DNA from: Phallusia mammillata
Lineage: Eukaryota
DNA length: 64,000 nt
Reading direction: 5' to 3'
NCBI GenBank assembly: GCA_965637545.1
Contig: OZ281494.1
Coordinates: 13,206,001 to 13,270,000, forward strand
The translations under genes were made by a program, and so were the position numbers. The notes beneath the pieces are model-generated. The model had not been told where the DNA came from, did not search any database, and saw nothing but the letters and a program-made list of their open reading frames with translations. Of this stretch, positions 22,421-32,630 are shown piece after piece. Within the stretch, counting starts at the first letter, position 1; every line of letters begins with the position of its first letter.

Positions 22421-24462
22421 ATGGAAAAGATTGCAGAAGTCGGAAAACAGCTGGGTTTGACTGGCGCCGATTTGGCAAAGTTTATCAACGAGCAACAGGC
22501 GTTTGAACGAGAAGAGCGCCGTTTGGCTAGAGAAGCTGAGGCTATGCGAATACAGGGTGAAGTCGAAGCTGAGGAGCGACGCCGGGCAGCCGAGGACAGA
22601 CGAATACAGGCGGAGGCCGAAGCTGAGAAAAGACGTATCGAGGCGGAGGCTCAAGACAGAGCGCACCAATTGGAGTTAAGAGTTTGGAGTTGGAAATCGG
22701 CGGAGCTCAACGCGAAGCGTCAGCGGGCAAAGCGAAAGCACCCAAGTTACCTGCGTTCGTAGATGGCACAGATGAACTGGATAGTTATCTGTTGCGTTTT
22801 GAGTAGAGATGTACCGAATATTCGGTTTGCCGAATTTATTCGGCCGAATCGATCATTTTTGCAAAGATTCGGTTTCGGCCGAATAATTTGTTGCGATTCG
22901 GCCGAAACCGAATCTTTGACGAACACAAATTTAACGCGTTAAACGTGTCTTTTCTGCTTATTAAGATCCACGCAATCTTTCAAAAGCCCCAACATAACGA
23001 AAATTGCGTCAATGTTTATCTTTTTCAACACATTATCGTTTTCCCCACGGTAGTCCAAAAAATTAGTAATTCATTGGCAGGTTGCCAATCATGCTTAAGG
23101 CAATTTTAAACCCCACAGAACTGAAATAAGGACGAAACACAACTATTTTGCACTGGCTGCCTGGTAGATAAACATTTTTTCACGTCAAACGCATAGCGTA
23201 CGACTTCGCGTGACGTCATAAATGATTCGTTTGATTCGGCCGAATTTATTCGGCAAAACCGCCGAATATTCGGTTTCGGCCGAATCGAAATTTAGCCGAT
23301 TCGGTACATCACTAGTTTTGAGCGTTTTGCTGTTACTTGCAAATGGGAAAGATCCGAATGGGCGAGCGCGCTTAGTGCCTTGCTAACGGGTCGAGCATTG
23401 GATGTCTACTCACGACGAAGCAGTTATTATGATCAACTTAAGCTTTCTGACGACGAAGCTTTATTATGATCGACTTAAACAGGCGCTACTCAACAGGTAC
23501 GACATGAAAGAAGAAGGATATGGATGTAAATTTCGAAATTCAAAGCCGGAAAAAGGAGAAGTCCTCAGTTCGCAGTGCAGCTGCAGAACTATCTGCAAAA
23601 ATGGGTGTTGTCCGGATGTTCCATCGAATGGAAAGATGTAAGTTCGCTTTTGGTGAAGGAGCGGTTCCTCCAGTCATGCCCAAACGAGCTATACTCATCA
23701 AAAGGAACGGGCACCGAAAACTTTAGATGGTTTGACAGGGATCGCCGAGCAGTTTCTGGCAGCTCACAGCCAAGAGATGGCCCACGATGTGCGTCAAGAC
23801 GTACGGGAGCTTTGTGCTGAATGCAAAGCAAGCGGGGCATGTGACTGAGGTTTGTCCGAAGCGTAAACCTGATGTCAGAGTACCTAGAAAATGTTTCCTG
23901 TGTGACAAAGTGGGACACATCGCGAAAGATTGTCATTCGTGCGTTGCCACCGGTGAGGATGTCCAGCTCGGCAGCATGTTCGATGGAGGGAGTCGAGCAG
24001 TTTAAAATCGAGCCCAATCTGCCATTGCGTGAAGGCGTGGTAAACAACCAGACAGTGACTGTGTTAAGAGACACAGGTTGCACGGGTGTTCTGGTTGACA
24101 GGAAATTTGTCCATGATGGTCATGTCTCAGACAGGCCAGGTTTTCTTAGTTTGGCCGACGGTTCTGTCGTATCAGCTGAGGTGGCCAAAATGGAAGTGAA
24201 TACTCCATACTTTACGGGAGAAGCGTTATGTTTGGAAAACCCGTCGCATGATTTGGTCATTGAAAATATTTGTGGAGTCCGACCAGCGGATGATCCAGAT
24301 CCGCTGTGGCGGAAAGCTAACGCAGTTTCGACGCGGTTTCAAAAGAAGACGTCCAAGACCAAAGCAAAATCTCGGGTAGTACCGCCAAACGAGGGATGGC
24401 CATTGAAATACCAGACGGAGATCGAAAAGGTCCAAGATGCAACCGTTGAAGCCATTACATGA
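22421..24462 (+). pseudogene. Frameshifted gag (coiled coil, SCAN-like capsid C-terminal domain, CCHC knuckles) and aspartic protease
   Basis: MEKIAEVGKQLGL..., PKLPAFVDGTDELDSYLLRFE|RFA...WASALSALLTGRALDVYSR, KERFLQSCP, CFLCDKVGHIAKDC, TVLRDTGCTGVLV. Confidence 0.85.
22804..23314. mobile_element. hAT MITE (Ac-type TSD) nested in gag
   Basis: TIR tagagatgtaccgaat / attcggtacatcacta; TSD gttttgag; ccgaat/attcgg subterminal arrays. Confidence 0.9.
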
Positions 24463-24671
24463 GTTGGCCTAATTAAATGCGTGTTTTGTTTAACGTTGTG
24501 TTTTCATGTTCGTTCTTTAATGTCAATTTGTGTATTTTGTTATGTCGAAATTTGAGTATTTTCGGGGTATTGCCACAAATTAACTTGTATAGTAAATTGA
24601 AACTTAGACATCTTATGACATAACAATGCATCTGATAGTTTCTATCATCACGCCTTGTGTTTGAACTAGAG

Positions 24672-24972
24672 CAGGGCTGTGCAACCTGCGGCCCTTAGTT
24701 AAAGGTTGTGCGGCCCGCAGAGACGCTTGGATTTTAAATGTAATAACAAACGAGTCTAACTAATATATGTTTTTGAGCAGATTAATGCGTCCAATGCTAT
24801 TTTTCTGCAACCTGGCAATATGTGACTAGAATCAAATGCGAATTTTAGTTGTAGTTGGGCATATTTGGTTAGCAACAAATTGAAATCACCTTGTGTTATA
24901 CACAGGTACGGCCCGGGATCTAATTTTGGCAATTATATTTGGCCCTACAGCAACAAAAGTTGCACACCCCTG
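24672..24972. mobile_element. A different hAT MITE inserted in the 3' LTR
   Basis: TIR cagggctgtgcaac / gttgcacacccctg; TSD aactagag. It sits at the same LTR position as 21579-22186. Confidence 0.9.
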
Positions 24973-27900
24973 AACTAGAGTAAAACGAGGTCATTCTGTT
25001 GTGGAGAGAATACAGTAAACATCTCGACAGTTCTTGGTGCGCTAAAAGACAGCGTTCAACACAAATTAGCAACAGTTGGGATATCTGACCCGACTAGTTT
25101 GCGACACTTGGCTGGATCCTCAATAAAAATCACATCATTGCCGGATTTTGTTTTTTTGTAGGAGGAAAATATTTAAGAGATTGCAATTAATGGTGGATAT
25201 TCCTCAACATCTGGTGTTTCTGGACTTTGATCAGACTTGGCACTTGCAAACTTCACTATTTTTTTGGTTTTCTGGAGATGTTGATCGTGGTGAAAGTTAA
25301 CATTCTTGTCGCTGCCACCGCTTAACGCAGGTGATCCTTCCAATATGGCGGCCGTACCTTTCATATAGGCTTCACTTTTCCGCTTGGATGCGCTATCCAG
25401 GTTTTTTTGTAGATCAGTGGTTAAAGCTAATGGACACTTGTTGAACTACTCGGCTTAAGTAGCAGTGGACACAATAGGCTGTTAGACCGCATTACTTGAA
25501 TAAAAGGAGCCAGAGGGCTATTGAACACAAGTGATTGTCAAAGAAATCGATCAGTCGTAACTATACAAACACGAAAGTGGGTCATTACAAGCAAACATAT
25601 TGTTTGATAGTGAAAAATTCCATTAACACAGTACATAAAAATGATTATACACCCATCAAGGCATTACGGCACTTAAATTAGGTTACAACTTATTACATAT
25701 TTAGCTTTTTAGTAATTTTAGTATTATACCAATATATTACCACATAAGGTCAAAACGTATCTTAAACATTGGTTTTGCCTTTACTTGAGATTCCTCTGAT
25801 AGATCGACAGGGTGAATTTTTTTACTCCCCAAGAATGTCGAATTTGATGTCAATTTCTTGAGCTATCTAAATAGCCTGGAACAAAGGCTGTCAAGCGATG
25901 TAAACGAATACTGGCAATATTAATCAAAATTATACGTTGTCAAATCACAGGTATTCATTTTAGTTGTAGCCTAGCCTACGCTTTTTCAGTGAACTTCTTC
26001 CATTTTATGCCGATAGCAAACTGACGGGTCACTGTGGTGCAGTCTGTCCATTTTGTTGAAGTGTAGTAACGCACAATTAAAAATAAAGCATATGCATGTA
26101 GTTATTCGTACTGTCACCTTTTTCCTAGTTGCAATTTGTACTTACATATTGATAAAATCGTTCGGCAGCCTACATGTAAAATGTCTTTGCTTTGTAACAA
26201 AAAATAAACGTTAGCCTAATTGTCTTTTGTTGTGGTTTAAAACTTCCTTTGTTGCCCACAAGACCGCTGGCTGTTTTCTAATCAGAAAGAAAATATTGCG
26301 ACTTTAATTCAAACGACAAAGAAAGACTAACTTAACCACACACCCAAGATGACTAATTTGGACAGAAGACTGACTATCCGCCAACAGGTTAAAACCAAAG
26401 ACGACTTAAACAATAATGTTGTTTTGTGACATTATAAACGCATGGCTTTAACTGATTAGTATCCCCAAACAGTTTGACGACCGTTTGCTTAAAAAACTGA
26501 TGAAGCCAAACCATGTTTGGGTTTGTAAACTGCATGTTGCTTGCTTCGAGGGTAATCGTTAAAGCGTGTTGATTTGCCCTATCACGTGGGCACAGGCGCA
26601 AGATCGAACGATGGGTACAAAAGTCCGTCACGGTGCAGTGGTCGCGCATGGTAACTGAAGTCTGAAGTCTCGATAATCGTTTCCTTTTTTCTCACGGGCT
26701 TGGCGCCATTCAGTGAGTACTGGGCAAAGAGAGCAACTGCAGTGCTTGTTTACCGAAAGCGGGAGATTAGTAGATCACAGTTGCAAGCAAGCGTTTTTAT
26801 TGCATTTGAGAATCAGTTTTACTTGGTTATCAGTTATACCTGGTTTAAAGCTAAAGTATTACTATCCTGCTTTGATTTTACTTTCATTGCTTTCAGCAGC
26901 TATAGTTATAAATAAAGTTTAATTTGAACTACAGTAAGTTTTGTAAAACTGTAACATGATATTTTACTTGTTACCCTTTAAAGTAGGTTAGTACATGCGA
27001 GCAGTAAACAGGAGTGTTAATACTGTTTGAAAGTGGATGTCAAGCGTGACAAGCGATGTGTGTGTGTGTGCGTGCTGTTGGTCTTGCTTTTGTGGCACCA
27101 CTGTGTCATTTGCGCATGTTGGTTCATAATGGCGGCTGGGTACCAGGCGGTTAACGATTGACTAGACACGAGCAAATCATTGACTTAAATAGCCTACACC
27201 GTTCAACGTCGAAAGCGCCTAAGAACGTTTTTTAAAAGTGTTTAAGTATCGTATTCATGGCACTAACTGTAAAGGTTGGGCATTTCTTTGGCATAAAAAT
27301 AACCCGAGTTACTGCGATTAGACAATTTATTCTATTGCCTTTGTGTCGTTAGTGAGAGACATTTTCTTTTTTGTTCATTGTTCAAAAACAAACGATAATT
27401 ATGCGGTTGACTGAATATTACGTTAAGCAAGTTCTGTGCGCAATGTGAGCAATTAAGTGACAAGCTGTGTCACCGCACTAAAATGTAAGAACAAATTTTG
27501 CCTGTGGGCCCATCTGAGACGTGTATCCATACACTTCAATAAAGAAGGTAACGAAGTGGCTAACTGCGCCAATTTGTTACTGTCTGGTTGTTGAATTTGA
27601 TATACAATCTAGTTCTTGGTTTTACGGATCGGGAGATCATTTGTGCGGACTGGCAAAAAAACTGAGGACATATAACAATTATGTGTTAAGTGAAGGCCTG
27701 CTTTAGCCTCCCAAAGAAATTGACTAGTAGACTTTTGAGTGATCTAAAAAGTGGTGTGAATCTTAAATGTTTGATCTGTAAAAGTCTGACAAAGTACAGA
27801 ACCAGTTCGGCGCACTAGTTAGCTAGATGTTAGTGTTTGGTATTAAAACGTTAGCCTAAGGCAGAAAAGCGCTTTTCTCCCGGTCCAACGTACTAGACAT

Positions 27901-29256
27901 TGTGATAGCCTACATATGCAGTGATTTTGGTTTGTCTTGTTTTATCTTCAAATATTGTAAATAAAGTTCGACTTGGACCCGCGAATGTCGGTCACCTTAA
28001 ATTTAATTCTTGTTGTGTTGTGTCAGAAGGTAAACGATTATGGTCTAAAGAGGGGGTTCAAAGGGGGGAAGGGTTTGCAAAAAAGGGGACGAAAACCGCT
28101 CTACTAATTTAAAACCATCTGAAATGTAACTCGTAACAAGCTTGCCTGTTAAGCCTACCTACGATATGAAACCAAATATTTAATACCTGGAGTGTTGTTT
28201 TTTTCAAAAAAACGTCGCAATTTCCGTTGTTTTGCTTACAAATGTAATACTTGTTGTTTTATTCATTATTTGATTGTTCATTTGATTGTATCATGAATAC
28301 ATCTGAGCGATTCCATGCGCTTTCAACCCTATAAACACAAGGAATAGATAAGGACATGTTGACCTATCACGTTCTTAAAGGACATTAAGCAATTAGTGGT
28401 CGTTGTTGATTAGCACACAAGATATGCCCAAAGGCAGTAAGCAGTTGTGTAAAAATCGAAAGCAGTCTTGAAAAATACATCCAAGGATATAACTGACAAT
28501 CAACCACATAACCAATCGATGTCACCAAGTAAAAGTATTTTTGTCACCTTTTCGCGAAAGGTATAAGAGCTTCGCTGACCACTCGGTATTTTTAAGTGTG
28601 TATACATTGTGGCGAACCGTAGTTATAATTGGCAACGTGCAATATTTGCTCCCTTTTTTTGCAAACCGCGCTGCTAGGAAATGGTGGAAACTCGGTTGTT
28701 GGTTACTGAAATGTTAGTCGTTTTTGCTTAGTGACCCCAATTTGTTCTCTGGTACCTGCCACCGGTTTCCTGTTCAGGCTAAATGGACGTTGTACCATAT
28801 TTAAGAGCAGCAGGCAGGCGCTTAGGAAGTAAGTCCCAATGGATTGGAGTATGGTAAAGCTCGTGTTTTGAAACTTTGTGTCACAAAACAGCCATATGGA
28901 AGCAGAGGAAAATGAACACGCGCCAACTAGTTTCATGGCTTAAAACGAAATGGTTTTACTGAACAATATGGTATTTTAGCACATCTGTTTATGTTAAATG
29001 GGAACTTAATCTTAATTGCAAGAATTTCTTCACAAAGTGCTAATCCTTTGTGTTGAAGTTTCATTTTTGTATTTTGATCTGGGGTCGAAGATGGTATTTT
29101 TATGCACAATCCTTTTATAAAATAAATTTACAACGTCTTTTACATCATTCTGATAAATAAAAGTAGAAAATTAAGTTTTATAAATGCAAATCAGTAGAAT
29201 TTACACACGACCTGCAATTTCAGATTTTAATTTTGCAGGTAAAAAAACTGTAGAAA

Positions 29257-31578
29257 ATGAATGATAACCAGAAGCCAATATTGCACCGAAAAGGCATATC
29301 ACTCGGAAGTTGTGTAAAAGGAAAAACACCTTTGTTACAAAATCAAAAACGTGTTTGTGCATCTGCTCCAAGTACAGTACAACAACAAACGAGTACCACA
29401 AAAAATCTAAGCCCACCTCCTTCGTACGAATCGTCAGTGGGTACGAATAATCCGGTTCTTAATTTATCCAACAAGGCATCTCAAATGAGTTTCAGCAAAC
29501 AAGTTTTTCAGTGCAATATTAATATAAACGCTCTTCCCTATATGGATGTTTCGGCACCAGGTACTACGCAAACTAACAGCAACCGGGCAACTGTGCACCA
29601 TAGCGGCAACCAACACGACAACAACAGGATTATTGCACCAGGCAGCCAAGTGTTGAATTCATGGCATGGGCTGACGTATGACAGCAACGGAAAATTGATC
29701 CATCCGAGTTTACTACCTCAGCGAACGGGCTATGTTAGCTCTTTCACTTCCCGGCCGAGACATAATATCCCGCCGACCTCAAAACCCAGTACTGTTGTAA
29801 ACCAAAGTATACCTTCGTTTGACCAGACTTACTTCTACCACCCATCATCGATGGCCAATCAGACAAACTCTGTTAGTTTGGTAAGAAATCTCAATTCCAC
29901 ATCAGTCCCACTGACACCTAATTTCAACAACTTGCAAGTTTGTCCTTATCAGCCGAGGCGATCCAATGCATGTTCAAACAATCCACAATCGAGTAGTGGC
30001 CCGAAACAAAGTGCACCTCGCCAGGCTCAGGCTCCTGTATGTAGCACACCAACTCCTGTAACGATGGTACAACTGCGCCGACTCGATACAACGAGTGTCC
30101 TTGCACAATCTAACAGATACAATCATCAAACTGCGACAGTTTCGACCACCGGGCAACGGATTAACACGAAAAACTGTAGGGTGCAGTATGTTGCTGCAGT
30201 GGATGTTCAAACCAGTTCGCAATCAAAGCAATCAACCATTCCACAGGCACCACACCATGATGACCAATCTCAACTAGTGCTATATTCGAAACAGACGCAG
30301 TTGCAACATCGACCGCTACAAATTCAACGAAATATTCGAGTTCGACAACCTCAAATAAATCGTGCGGGGCAGCAACATCGCACGCCACTAATTTCGGAAC
30401 AGCAAAAATGTCCAACGTTCTACCCACAGGATCAACCAAAGTTTAAACCACCACAAAGGGTTCCTGCAGAAAACCCGGCAAAGTCTCACGACTGCAATAA
30501 TTCTGGATTACAAAACAGTGAATCACCTCAAAGTCGAGATTCTTCACCAACATTGTCTCTAGAACAAAACCTAGATGATGTAACTGCAGAACGAGGCAGA
30601 CGAAAAGGTAAGCTCCCTCTTGTAACATTTGTCGAGTCAAAATCGATTGGCGACGCGGAAAAAAGTTCAACAGCGTCCGAGTCTCCGTCGGTACTTAGTG
30701 AAGATTCAAGTCAAAGCGATTTGCAAGTGCTGTCTGTTTACTCTGTGCAGAATCAAGACTCTTCAAGCAAAAATAAAATGCAAGAAACAAAGGAGCAGAG
30801 TGCTTTAAAGTCAGCCGTTGACAAGTTTGCGAACAATTTACCCACGAACATTACAAAAGAACAAATTGACACCATCGTTGAAAAACTTCAGACAAGCAAT
30901 TATAGTTGCAAAACAGTGGAAACGATAATAGAGATGTTGCAAAGCCATCAGACAAGGAAAAGAACCGTTTCGATGACAAGTGCACAAGATGTCAGTCCGT
31001 CTTCAAAAGCAAACAAACTTTTAACTCCGTCCAAATGGCGAGCGAAAACGAGATTGACAAATAAAGTTGCGAGAGAGGAAAACAATGAAGATGTGAAAAA
31101 TGTACAAAAAGCTGCTAAGGAACTTTTGAACTTGGGGATGCCTACCAGTGAAAATTACAAGGTGGCATTTGAAAGAATGAAAAGGAGAAGAAAGGCGACT
31201 GAGAATAAAGATCAGAGAATTCCACTCGTGCACAACATTAAAGAAGAACCAGTAGATTTTCCAATTGAAAACAATGAACTTACTGACGAAGATGCAGTAA
31301 TTGTGTCAAGATTTAGTACAAAGCGGAAGGCAAGAATTACATGCGGATTACCTCACAAACAACTGCGCTTTGATCATGTGTACAAAAGTCATCTTAAACG
31401 GTTACATGAGGTGCAAGAAATTTCTCCACATTTGCTCACTCAGCTTCAAAATTCGGACAGATTTCAGGTAAAATTAGAGCGCGTTCCCTCGGACATATTG
31501 TGTAAAAAGAGTTCTGTAAATATAGTTGATATTTTTGATCGACGTCAAACCGCCGAGCTTGTAACATGTAAAAAATGA
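29257..31578 (+). CDS. Single-exon 773-aa Q/S/T-rich disordered protein, paralog 2
   Basis: Uninterrupted ORF preceded by ttttgcag (~29231-29238). Motifs: KLPLVTF, KELLNLGMP, IKEEP, LRFDHVYKSHLKRL, FQVKLERV, VNIVDIF. Confidence 0.8.
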   Translation: MNDNQKPILHRKGISLGSCVKGKTPLLQNQKRVCASAPSTVQQQTSTTKNLSPPPSYESSVGTNNPVLNLSNKASQMSFSKQVFQCNININALPYMDVSAPGTTQTNSNRATVHHSGNQHDNNRIIAPGSQVLNSWHGLTYDSNGKLIHPSLLPQRTGYVSSFTSRPRHNIPPTSKPSTVVNQSIPSFDQTYFYHPSSMANQTNSVSLVRNLNSTSVPLTPNFNNLQVCPYQPRRSNACSNNPQSSSGPKQSAPRQAQAPVCSTPTPVTMVQLRRLDTTSVLAQSNRYNHQTATVSTTGQRINTKNCRVQYVAAVDVQTSSQSKQSTIPQAPHHDDQSQLVLYSKQTQLQHRPLQIQRNIRVRQPQINRAGQQHRTPLISEQQKCPTFYPQDQPKFKPPQRVPAENPAKSHDCNNSGLQNSESPQSRDSSPTLSLEQNLDDVTAERGRRKGKLPLVTFVESKSIGDAEKSSTASESPSVLSEDSSQSDLQVLSVYSVQNQDSSSKNKMQETKEQSALKSAVDKFANNLPTNITKEQIDTIVEKLQTSNYSCKTVETIIEMLQSHQTRKRTVSMTSAQDVSPSSKANKLLTPSKWRAKTRLTNKVAREENNEDVKNVQKAAKELLNLGMPTSENYKVAFERMKRRRKATENKDQRIPLVHNIKEEPVDFPIENNELTDEDAVIVSRFSTKRKARITCGLPHKQLRFDHVYKSHLKRLHEVQEISPHLLTQLQNSDRFQVKLERVPSDILCKKSSVNIVDIFDRRQTAELVTCKK

Positions 31579-32159
31579 TTGTGGACTGCGGACAGTGAAA
31601 GCTTTGTGTCCTGTTTGTATTTCGTAGTTTTCCAAAGTGTTTTTTGCTACTAATTTTGCAGTGCAGTACACACCATGTATTTACTCTTCAAACACGTATC
31701 TCTGTGTCGATTTTTCTGTGTTTAAATTTTGGCTTTTACAGTTACTCAATACAAGTGTCACAGGTCTGCACGGGTTTTTCCACGTTTTTGTAATCTGCAT
31801 CCAATGTTTTACAACTTTGTATTCAATGCTATTTTCGTTTGTTTTGTGCTGTACTTTTTTAAAGTAACTGCACCTTTCGTTTTCCCAATTCTGTTCTTCC
31901 ATTTTGAGCACGAACATGAGCAGCTTCTGCTGGTACAAAGATAACATATTTTTCTAATGGAGTAGACAATTGTTTGGGGGGTTTGGTGCTGTTGTCGCTT
32001 AATCTTCTTTTAGTAAAAAAAAACTTTCTTTTCTTCGAACTTAGCTGAACGTTAACTAGGGATGCTTTCCATAAAGAAAAATCATGTAGAAAATTGTAGT
32101 CTAGAAAGATGCCTACAACACACAAAAGATTAGGTAACAAACATACAAGAGATAATCAG

Positions 32160-32337
32160 TGATGTAGTGTTACAGCTAAAAGCACATAGCATACCACCTG
32201 AAAGACGTTCGCGCATCACAGGTCGGAAACCGCTATTTTAACTTTTGTCATCATGCATAACTTATGGACAGTCATTAACTCGTCTAGTAAACGTATTTTG
32301 TTTGTGGCGAATTAGGGAACAACATTGGTGACCCCGA
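32160..32337 (+). mobile_element. Short LTR-like segment followed by a tRNA-Trp-type PBS (retroelement relic)
   Basis: tgatgtag...gaacaaca (imperfect TG..CA terminal inverted repeat), 1-nt spacer, then tggtgaccccga (32326-32337). Confidence 0.5.
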
Positions 32338-32630
32338 TCGGTGATAGCTGCACATAGGGAATAATTAATACATCCCGTTAGTCAGCAAATTGGAGACTTG
32401 TTTCTTTCACGACGTGCAATCCTGTATGTAACCAAAGACTACACTTAGCAGTCAATTTTATGACAGCAATTTAGAAAATGTACCTTACACTTCTTTTTTC
32501 TCCTTTCAGCCTACATTAAGAAGCTGTTTCCCGGCGGCGATTTATCCAGTTTCATAAATAACGCATAAACGATAAAATGGTATTTATTTTTTGAACGAAA
32601 CATCACACATAAGGAATAGGCATAGAAAAA

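Larger units (their letters stand above)
21478..25106 (+). mobile_element. Internally deleted Gypsy/Ty3 LTR retrotransposon
   Basis: 5-bp TSD cttgg (21473-21477 / 25107-25111). LTRs are 21478-22354 and 24571-25106, tgccacaaa...tttgcgaca. It has a PBS and gag/protease remnants, but no RT, RNaseH or integrase was seen. Confidence 0.92.
17811..25298 (-). repeat. Right arm of the inverted duplication, expanded by later insertions
   Basis: Collinear reverse-complement match to 5877-8722, interrupted by elements at 18150-18636, 20189-20907 and 21478-25106. Confidence 0.9.
20051..25298 (-). pseudogene. 5'-truncated, disrupted copy of paralog 1
   Basis: Homologous to aa ~724-1050 of paralog 1 (ORF track 20867-21415 and 25173-25364). 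It has an in-frame TAA after IAIS, small deletions, a Gypsy insertion between the two SIM-like motifs and a hAT insertion in the YHL box. Confidence 0.85.

Noticed and set aside
22804-23314. ccgaat/attcgg arrays and gtcaaaattt arrays (20200-20300) that might look like CRISPR or satellite repeats
   Set aside because: They are subterminal repeats of hAT elements bounded by TIRs and 8-bp TSDs, with no unique spacers; the context is eukaryotic.
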